NCBI GenBank assembly: GCA_964035545.1 | Contig: OZ037768.1 | Coordinates: forward strand, 5,674,741-5,738,740 | Length of the DNA stretch: 64,000 bases | Source: Bugula neritina | Lineage: Eukaryota; Animalia; Bryozoa | Direction of reading: 5' to 3' | Shown here: positions 15,139 through 26,200 of the stretch, piece after piece | Position numbering within the stretch: position 1 is the stretch's first letter | How the letters are laid out: the number at the start of each line of letters is the position of its first letter | Program-made: the position numbers and the translations under genes | Notes under the pieces: model-generated | Databases searched by the model: none | The model's input: the letters and a program-made list of their open reading frames with translations, nothing else | Told to the model about the DNA's origin: nothing

Positions 15139-16189
15139 AAAATAATTATATGGTAATGGTAGAATAAATAAACCATAATGTAATAAGGCACGTAATCATA
15201 AACAGTTAAATAATATTTATGGTAATTAGAAAATTTAGTAAATAGGAAAATCATTACATAACAGAAGAGCAAGAGCACTTTTAAACATTTATTTATAGTT
15301 ACATAAAGTGTCACATCTGCTTTTTTTATATACATTTACAAAGAAGCTTTAACTATAAATGGAGCTGTAAATTTAACAAGTTATTAAAATACTACTGAAA
15401 TATTTCATACAGATAAAATCTCCTACATTTTTAAAAGTATGAAGTATTAAGAATTAAAATATAAGTAGACTCTTAGTTTAAGTAGACGTAGTAACTACTA
15501 GTACTTAGTAATACAGTAATACTAATAGCTATTACTATTAGCTTATTAGCTTGCATTCTTATTAAAAATAAATTTAGCGATTAAATTCAAATTGAATATT
15601 CAAATAATTCATATTGATATTCATCTTGTAATTTTTCTTGTTTCATAATCAACTGTACCCGCTATTAGGCATAGCATATGCATTATTATAAGTAAATTCA
15701 CAGATAAATATTTTTAGCAATCGCCATTGAGATAGCTGGAGGGTTTTTAGAGTAAGATTGTAATTAAATCATAAAATCAAGTTTCAAAAGTTACCTCGCG
15801 TTAAAACACAATGAATCACGTGCAGTTGTTTCCCACGTCGTGACGCATTTGAGACATTCTTAGATTCTTTTGGGTCGTATTTTTTAGTACTCGGTAGATG
15901 AACTAATCGTAGTATTAAGTTTACGCGCTAATGTGTTTGTAAACTTATAATGTTGGGCCTATCAGAAATGTCCTATGGCAATATTGCACTTTTCCGTTAA
16001 ATTGATATTGACTTGTGAGGTCGAAATGTTATTGGAAGGCTGGATAACTATTTATATCGGTTCTACCATTGCAGATGGAGATTGCTAATAGTAATACTAA
16101 TAGTTAAACTTATCATTGTTACAAAAGAGTTTAATGTTTATACAGTAATAATAATACTCGGTTTCTTGGTCATATTAATATTAGGTGTT

Positions 16190-16500
16190 GTATCACTATT
16201 AGTATTACTATTAGTATTACTATTACTATAACTATAAGTATAACTATACCTAAGTATAACTATTAGCATTACTTATTACTATTAGTCTTAGTCTTAGACT
16301 TAGTATTACTATTACTAATAGTAATACTAATAGTATTAGTATTACTTTTAGTTTAACTGTATTACTATTGCTATTAGTATTAAGTACTATTAGTAGTATT
16401 AGTATTACTATAGTATTACTATTAGTCAGTTAGTAGTACTAGTTAGTATAAACTATAAACCATTATGATTAAATATATTACTATTAGTATTACTTTTAGA
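16190..16500. repeat. AT-rich low-complexity (TAGTAT/TACTAT)n tract
   Basis: Degenerate agtattactatt repeats. Confidence 0.7.
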
Positions 16501-17292
16501 ATTTGAATGCTTACACTTATAAGTTATAACTATAAGTATAAGTTATGATCAATAATATCATTATGATTATCATTGTATTTATATTCATAATGATAATAAA
16601 ACTAAATAAGGTTCCAATATGATGCTGATAGGTTCAAATAATATTAATAATTTAGATTATTATTATTAACAAATAGTTTCCTTTTTTTAACTGATTTTGT
16701 TTTTAGTTCCTGAAAAAGAAAAAATATGGTAGTCATTTCAGTTTTTTTCTGATGTCATATTTTTTTTAAATCTTCTCATTTGTTAAACAAAGTCAAATGG
16801 ATTCCATATTGATATTTTACATTGATATTCATGCCGTACTGCTGCTGCTACCATAGCTATCATGTTTTTATATAAACTTGTTTCCATAATTTTCAAAAAG
16901 ATTTTGACATTTAGAACCTTAAGCTGTTATAATTGGTTATAATCAGTATGAGTTTCAGTATCAGTAGAACACCAATAGCTAGCTGTGAATTTCATGTCAC
17001 CCTGTTGGTAAAAAAGCTAATTGCTTAAATTTGCTCATTTCTTTAGCTTGAAAATGTTTGCCTAAGGTTTAACAGTAACTGTTGTAAGTGTAGCTCATAC
17101 TTATAGCCATTCATGCTTTACTTTTACGTTTATAAAGCTCATAGTATAACATTGCGAGTGTTTTTCAGATCTAACAAGTGCTTGAATATAAAGGGAAACT
17201 GATGTTGAATTAAGATAAAAGTGTATCTAATATTAGCACTGGCCACCTGCCAGTAAGCTGCTACGTTACGCTGTCAACAACAGTAAAAGATT

Positions 17293-20200
17293 ATGGCTGA
17301 GTTTTCAGGCATTGATGGTGAGTCGGAACTTTAGGTAATGGTATGATTGCTATTGGAGCTACAGTGTCCGTCTTATAAACTGTGGTTCTATTTAGAAAGC
17401 TGGTGTTGGGTTGAACAAAATAAAGTTTGCACATTTAAGAACGTCTGAATAAACAGTCAGTTTCTTAAACTAATTGGCTGAGCAGTTTGAAGATCAAATA
17501 TCTACACACAAGCAAGCAGTTCTTTTTAAAGGGCTGTTCTTAATGAATATAATGAAAAACCACCCATGCTACAAATGTCTCTATGTGTTTTTGTGATAGC
17601 TTGTTTTAATAGCTAGGTTCTTACAAAACAACTTAGTGTAAATAGATCTTTAATTTCATTTTGAAAAAAGTATTTTATTTGGTGCTACTGTATTGTCTAC
17701 TGTATTTAATAAAAACTCTCAAGAGAACGCTACAACAAGTGCATTAAATCTAAATTAATCTAATTATTACAACCACAAACAAGTTATTTACCCAGCAAAC
17801 TATAATAATATACTGTAGAGCAGTAAGCTATTATTATATAGCATCCACATTCATACTATAAAGATTCTGTAGTCCATATTATCATTTCAAGTGAGGTGGG
17901 CAACATGTTTAAATGTTCTTATAATCAACACCACAACTTCAACTATATCCAAACTGTATGTAGTTCATAATTTCAAGCATTCACTATATGTCATCCACAT
18001 TGTTTTGTTTCACTACAGATCACGGAGACATCTGCCGAGTGTGTAGAAGTGAGGGCAGTGTTGACAAGCCATTATTTTATCCGTGTGTCTGTACAGGAAG
18101 TATTAAATATATTCATCAAGATTGGTAAGTTGATTTAATTAGGTTGCTTATTTCCTGTTTGTGTCTTATAATAAAGTTTAAGTTGGTTCTTTCTTCTACC
18201 TGCAAGTAATATACAAAAACAATATATTATGATCGCAGACTCGTGTGAGTGAGAACTGCTCATGTCTATTAATTTCTGTATTGAATCAAGTTCTGATTGT
18301 GTTTGTAGTTTAGTGCAGTGGCTCAAATACAGCAAAAAGGAGTTTTGCGAGTTATGCAATCACAAATTTTCTTTCAGACCAAGTAAGTTATAGGTTACCT
18401 TATGATTATATAAATATTAACTAAATCCATTTCATAACAGTGTTTGTTTTACATATTTACTCTAATACCCTCTGTGTTTTGCTTTAATTATAACCAATAA
18501 TAACATTTGGAGTTACATCATGCATAGTTTTGATGAGTCATATTCCCTCTCACCTTTATGTCTATTTGTTAGTTTACTCTGCTGACATGCCCAAAAGGCT
18601 GCCCTTACAAGACATCATCAGTGGGTTGCTGAAGAGTGTTGGCCGAGCTCTGAAATACTGGCTACACTATACACTAGTAGCTCTAGCCTGGCTCGGCCTC
18701 GTGCCTCTCGTAGCCTGTGAGTCAACTCTCAATTCAACCTTATATCTAACTGTCTATTAGTGTGTCTTATATGAAATAGCATTAGAATTGTTGTTGAACT
18801 GTTTATTTCACTTTGTATGGTGTTTTCTGTCACTGCGTTTCCATTACTTTCAATGGGATGCTTATATGATAAATTTGTAGTTGCGTTTGCATAAAGTTAT
18901 GGTTGTGGTTTTATTCGACGCAACTGTTTCCAAACATCGAATAAAAAATCTCCATTCTGCAAACCTCGGAAACGTAGTGATAATAGCGTTATGTGATATT
19001 GCAGGTCGAATATGCCGTTCTCTCTTCACTGGCTCTGTTAGCTCTCTATTAACACTGCCATCTGATATGATATCATCGTAAGTATAATTTAAATATCATT
19101 GAGTGTGAATCATATAATACATTTTCTTTATTAGTTAACATTGCACTCTCAGATAAATTTTGTTATGTGTGTTATTATGCGGTGTGGGTATTTGGTTGCA
19201 GGTCTAATATTGTAACTGATATAATTAATGGTGGATTTGTCGTGATCTGTTCACTGTGCGTATTCATCAGTCTGGTGTGGTTGAGAGAGCAGCTGGTACA
19301 TGGTGGTGTTCCAGCGTGGATACAGAATGATGACCAACCAGCTCATCCCGCAGCACCTCCAGTTAGTCTTTATTTTAAGTAGGGGAAGCCGGGGTAATTT
19401 GAGCCGATTTTCACCTTTTTCCAGGTGTCAAACAAAATACTGTGGATTGAGCACTAACATTCGCTACACATACAAATGTACATGTTTGCTATTGTAAACA
19501 CTTAAAAAACTTTTGGTTTACAGCACGAAAAAAAATTTAAGCCCATAATAATAACACCATATTGTGCGGCTCAAATTACCCCCTATTGGGGGTAATTTGA
19601 GCCGTGGGCTATTTTGGTGCGAATAGCCAACTTAACACACACAGTTATGTTTTAATCAAGTTTTTTATTGACAATAGTAGTATTACATTTATTTCAAAGA
19701 TTAACATACATCTACTGTTGCAGATGCGACCGTAAATTAGCGTCAAATTGTGACAAATTTTCACAACAGCCAATGAGGCCAGGCCAAAGTCTACTCTCTA
19801 GTAAAACCATTAAGATTCTTTCTAACAGGAGCCTTTTTTGAAGTTTTACAACTTTGTCGCTTCTTTGAATCCAAAACTCTGATAGTCGACCATTAGTTTC
19901 TCTTCCTCAATAGTGAACACTCTCTTTGCAGCACTGGTGATTTCATATCCTAACTTCAACTTATCAAAATAACACTTCAGAGTCATTCTGTCTACTCCAT
20001 AGGTTTCTGCTGCATGTCTTATACTGCTCTCTTCCCCAGCTATCATACAAGCAGCTTTCTTTAATTTATCTCCTGTGTGTAAGCTCAATTGATTGGTTTT
20101 GGGTGTGTACTTGCGTGGCAGTTTGTATATGTATCAGCTACAACACAAAACAGGTAAGGTAGCAAACTTGCAACAACATTATATATGCACACTGAGTGTA

Positions 20201-23200
20201 GTAAACTGTTTTGTTATAGCTACAGAACTGTTTTTAACTACAAAAACTATTTATGCTGTAATAACTTAGTCATGGTGTATTTGAGTTGTGGCTCAATTTG
20301 CCCCAAACTGAATGGCTCAAATTACCCCAAGGTGCCATTCTGAAGAAAAGTCTTAATGCTGGAGTAAAAATTAAACGTAGGCTTTCCTTTTTAACATGTA
20401 ACTGTAGCTAGCATCATCCTAATAAAATGCAAAAACTTTGACGAGGTTTTCTCAATTTGGAGTAAAGCAATATAACTTGACATGCAGACTATCAAATTTA
20501 CGTTTTGTTAAACAAACAGGTAAATGTGAAATATTTTACTTACCATGCAGCTTAGAAATGATGAACAGGAAAAAATATGCCACATTTGTGAGTGTACCTG
20601 TGTACATAAAAAGACAATGCTGTATATTGAACAGTTTTTCTAAAATATGCCCTGGCTCAAATTGCCCCATGGCTCAAATTACCCCGGCTTCCCCTAATGA
20701 TTGTTAGATTTTTCATAGATTTCATTTATTAATTATGCATAGATTCATTATTGCCGATTAAATTTTATCATTTGGTTGGTGACCTTGGAGTAAAGACTAT
20801 AGGACATGTGTTACTACAAAATCTCTGAATACTGCTGATTACTAGTCAACACTGTGTATTAGTCATTGTCAGTATTGATACTGTGTAATGTAATTGTTGT
20901 TGTTGCTTACCCGCAATATTAACACATGTAGTGGTTGTATCCAGTTTGCAGGTCGTGCAGCTGATGGTGGTGCAGCTCTGCAGGTGCAGGACATGCCGCT
21001 GGATGTGATGGATGAGATGGACCCAGACGACGAGTTGGACTTAGCAGATGATGAAGACGACGAAGAATGGCACGATGAGATGGGAGACGAAGTAGGAGCC
21101 GGTGATAATCAGGGAGTTGATGGAGGCGATGCCGCAGCACAGCAAGCAGCTCAGCAGATCAACCAAGGTATCTTCTAATTCTCTTCTATATTCGTACAGT
21201 CAAAGCATTAAAATGTTCCCTTAATGTGTTTTCTTTGGTTCATGAAAATCAATGAAAGCATTTGGTGCATTTCATAAGTCATCAAACATTCGAAGTTACA
21301 CTGTTTTTGTGAATTTATTCTGGTTTAGAGAAGTGATGTTATAGACTCTGTGTTATAACCTGTCAGTTGAAGCACCTTTGGGATTAGGCCTTATCTTGTG
21401 CAATCCTTTTGGCTTAGAGCTGGTAACTGTAGTTAGTAATTTAATCTTATTTTATTAGATTTACCCATCTAAATTGATTGCAGCACATATCCTAAGGATT
21501 CTTGACACAATAAAGTTATCAAGTGTAGTAGATCTAACTGAGAAAAAAAACATTAAATAGAAGAGGTTAAAACATTAGAATAAACCTGTTTTCAGTTAAT
21601 CTACATGAAGCAAACAGCATTCTGTAAAATAATGATGGACTTATCTATTTCTATACCATTTTACTGAACTTGAAACTCTGCCCAACTGTATGAAGTCAGT
21701 TTTCTGATTTCATGGCATATGCTGCCTATGATTGGCTATACGTGTTCTATGTTGCAGCTAATTGGAATCCTATTGGCTGGGAGAGAGCGCCAGAGGAGCT
21801 GACGTGGGAACGACTCCTCGGCCTGGATGGTTCTTTAGTGTTTCTGGAGCATGTCTTCTGGGTCATCTCTCTCAACACTCTGTTTGTCCTGGTGTTTGGT
21901 AAGTAGTGATTGCAGCTTGTTTCTATGTATGCACAGTTTACCTCCCAACAACTGTGTTTCTGTATTTTCGTTTACTGGGTTTGTAGCTTTTTGTCCTTAT
22001 CACATTGGACAATGGACAGTGAGTGGACTCCGGTTGTCTAAATACGCAGAGGCATCAAAGTTTGAAGGAGTTCTCACCACCATGGTGGGCTACGTGGTGG
22101 TAGCCATGTGTCTCATGATACTCTACACTATAATGGCACTGGCCAGACTACACAAGTAAGTGTCCCTCTGCTTGCTGCTTTTATTATACTTGAAGTATTG
22201 AGCTAAGTTTGAGTGTTAATATGTTATTTTTTGGCATAATTAGACACTGTATGTTTTCAGACTTGCCTGTTATACGGTTACATTATACATCAGATGATGC
22301 TATGCTATCGTGTGATGTCATACTAACTTTCTGATTTCAGAGTACGAGTGTTCGTTGGTTTATCATACATTGTTGTGAAAGTCACCATACTGATTGTCGG
22401 AGAGATTGGACTGTTTCCTCTCGTGTGTGGCTGGTGGCTGGATCTCTGCAGCTTGGTAAACATACCTACTCTTGCCTTTTTCTTGCCTGCTAAAAACATC
22501 ATTAAAATAATTATTCACATTTTTTACTACGTAAAGTTGGATTGCTATATAGTACATTTGCACTTTCTCTAAATAGACTGTGCTACATTATGGTTTGTAT
22601 GATTTTAGCCGATGTTTAACGCCACTATACACACCAGAGGGGAAAGTTTCAACAAAGCACCTGGCACAGCCATGTTTGTTCATTGGCTCATAGGAATGGT
22701 TTACGTCTTCTACTTTGCCTCCTTCATTCTCTTACTTAGAGAGATATTCAGGCCTGGTGTACTCTGGTTCCTGAGGAATGTAAATGACCCAGAGTTTAAT
22801 CCTATACAAGAGGTAGTGTAGTCACTGCACAATATTTCCCACTAAAGTAAACTAAACTTCTTTTAATTGTATAATCTGTCAAAATCTCTTCTGTAGATGC
22901 GTATGGATATTATATATTAATAGTGTCACACATGGTGTTGTAGATGGTGCATATCGGTGTATACAGACATAGTCGTAGATTTATTCTCTCTATGCTAATA
23001 TTTGGCTCAACTGTAATGCTGATGCTATGGCTGCCTATTCGATTCATCAAGTACATGTTCCCAGGCTTCTTGCCATACCATGTGGCTTTGTCAAAGTGAG
23101 TCGCTGTTACATTGGACATAATCTAAAAGACATTTCAACAGTTTTAAACTCAAAAGTTTTTATCAATGACTGCAATTGAAGCCCCTCTGTTCCTTCTTAT

Positions 23201-26200
23201 TTTACCTTCTGTTTTGTTTAGAGTTAAATATTCAAATAAGATAACAGTAAGCTTCCCATACTGTATGTTACTATCAAACTCTTACAGCGATGCCCCAATC
23301 AGTGAGCTGTCGCTGGAACTACTGCTACTCCAAGTAGTGCTACCTTCACTCCTAGATCAAGGACACACAAGGACATGGTTTAAAAGTCTGGTGGTTTGTT
23401 GGACTCGTTGTGTTGCTAATCTATTGAACCTGAATTCTTACCTTCTGGGAAATGAAGATCTTGAAGATAAGGTTTGTGTGACGCTCCCATTTATTTTAAT
23501 TTAGTTTCCAACATTTTTAAACTTTGCTACAACCCCAAAGGCGCTTGAAATAAAAGCATAAATATATAAACAATGCTGTTTGTTTTTTTCCAGTGGAATT
23601 AATTTTAGTCTAAAGGAAAAAAAATTAAAATTTATCTCGAATGTGTTTGGAAATAGTCCAAAAATTTGGGCACCTGCTTTTCTACATTCAAATATTGTTC
23701 ATCATTTGTAACGAGCTCGTTATCAACCACACTACTTTCCATGTCACTGAATTTATGTTGTAAAGTGTTTCAATAAATTTGCATAAGTTTGATTTATATT
23801 TTGGCTTTCAAAATCTGTTATTTCAGCATCGGAATGAGACTATATCAATAATGTTTTAATTAAATTGATGATAGTCTGTAGTATATAACACTTTGTCATG
23901 TTCATTGTATTGAATCACTCTAGGAGAATATTATAAGAGTCGATAACGACCCAGTTCGAGTTGGGGTGCCGGCAGCTGCTGTTAATCCTGGGGGTCCTGT
24001 GGGAGAGGCACACCAGGCCTTGCTGAATATGCACGGATCTTCGGGCTTCAAGCCATACTATAGGCCAAAGTATTTTCATCTTCGTGTAAGTGTGAAACTC
24101 AGTAGTTTATTCATAGTTTGAAAGCCTTACCTGTGACTCCCAGGCTAAGCATCTCCAGTATTTGCTTACTTTACTATTACTCAATATGATATTTTTTCAC
24201 CTTGGACAGGTTTTAGCAGTCAAGTTTTGTAGTAGGAAATAATGAAAATGCTAAAAGTCCTGCCACAATAAGTTGTAATTTTGAAGCCATAGAAACCTAG
24301 ACTAGTGATGATGATTTCACATAAACATATTACATAATGTCAAGGTCGATCTAGAACAAAACCACAGTTATGCTTGAATTTCTCCAAGACAGCAACATTG
24401 ACTGGAATAGGCTTAAAGATGTTGCAGGTGACATCTTAGGTTTCCAGGTGATACCACACGTCCTCTCTCTCACTGTCAACTTTCTCATAGAAAAAGAACA
24501 ATATGACTGGTACAGTGATAATGTGAGAATCCCCTTTTGGGGTGTGTTATTCAAACGAATCAACACAGTGTTTGCGGTGCTCCACACTGGTATGGGATTA
24601 GCCTCATTTCTTGTATTCCAAAAGAACATTGGCTGGGTCAGTCCTGCGGTTCCCCTAGTACTGTGTGGAGTACAGGTCATTGCTGACTTTACATGGAGAC
24701 CTCTGTTTTTCAATCAGAAGAATTGGGATAGAGCGTTTCGTCACGGCACAGCTTGCACCCTGCTGTCCTCCGCACTCTGCTATCTCTATTACAAGATAGA
24801 CTGGTCAGCGGGGGTGTTGATGGTGCCATACTCGCTGTGGTGGTTTTACCTCACGTCTGTTGTCTGGTACATCAGACTGGCTAACGAACCACCCGAGCCA
24901 TGGAGAAGGTTGTCTTTTGGAGGGTTTGAAAGGGTTCGGCGCCCCACCGTGCCCACGGGTAGCGTCAGTGACTGACTAGGCTGGTATATTAATGAGCTGC
25001 CATATTACGCTCGCAGGGTCAGCCGTATTAGACGCTCTGTCGTGGACTCTGTTTATTCAGCATTAGAAGATGAAGATAACATAACGTGATGCAATACTCT
25101 GCGTATCCTGTGTGAACTGTTTTAGTTTTCTTGTAATTGAATAATAATAAAGCAAGTATAAACTTTTAGCGAGTGTCTATTGTTTACCTTCAGTAGTCTA
25201 CTGGTATATTTTACCTGATTAGTTGTGGTGCCGTCACTATACTGTAACAGTGTAACTTTGTTGCTGATATTTACTATATCTGCGTTGAGCCATGTTATGA
25301 TTGCTGAACAGCCGTATGACTGACATGTACTTCTTGTAGGTGTTCATCTTGTTGATGCTAATGTTCATAAGTCTATTCACTGCCAGCGTGATATCTCTAA
25401 TATTACCAGGTGAGCTTTACCTTACAGGTTAAAACTAATCCTGCGAGGTATTTTCTCCACCCTGAAACTTGCACCAATAGAGAAAATACTCGATAAACTT
25501 ATTGATTTTTTTCTGCTTTAGCTATGAAAGTGAAAATTATGTAACATTTCTATGTCACTGGAAATATGGAATAACAAATTACTATGAATATTTTAGTATT
25601 CATCGGCCGTAAGCTAATGGAGATTTGGATGCCCAAGACAAAGGTGCACGAGTTATACACTGCAGCTTCTGGACTTTATGTTTGCTGGCTGGCATTGAGA
25701 TCCATTGTAATTCTCTCCTCCTGGGTTACTTTGGGTTGGAACAGCCTCATGACCAAGTTTAAGAAGTGGGCTGTTATTGTAAGTACATCTGAATAATAAG
25801 TTGTAAGTACATCTGAATAATAAGTTGTAAGTACATCTGAATAATAAGTTGTAAGTACATCTGAATAATAAGTTGTAAGTACATCTGAATAATAAGTTGT
25901 AAGTACATCTGAATAATAAGTTGTAAGTACATCTGAATAATAAGTTGTAAGTACATCTGAATAATAAGTTGTAAGTACATCTGAATAATAAGTTGTAAGT
26001 ACATCTGAATAATAAGTTGTAAGTACATCTGAATAATAAGTTGTAAACTTGTACATCTGAATAATAAGTTGTAAGTACATCTGAATAATAAGTTGTAAGT
26101 ACATCTGAATAATAAGTTGTAAGTACATCTGAATAATAAGTTGTAAGTACATCTGAATAATAAGTTGTAAGTACATCTGAATAATAAGTTGTAAGTACAT

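Noticed and set aside
14922-15335. Poly-Leu membrane-like ORF
   Set aside because: Reverse-strand reading of an (AGC/AGT)n microsatellite.
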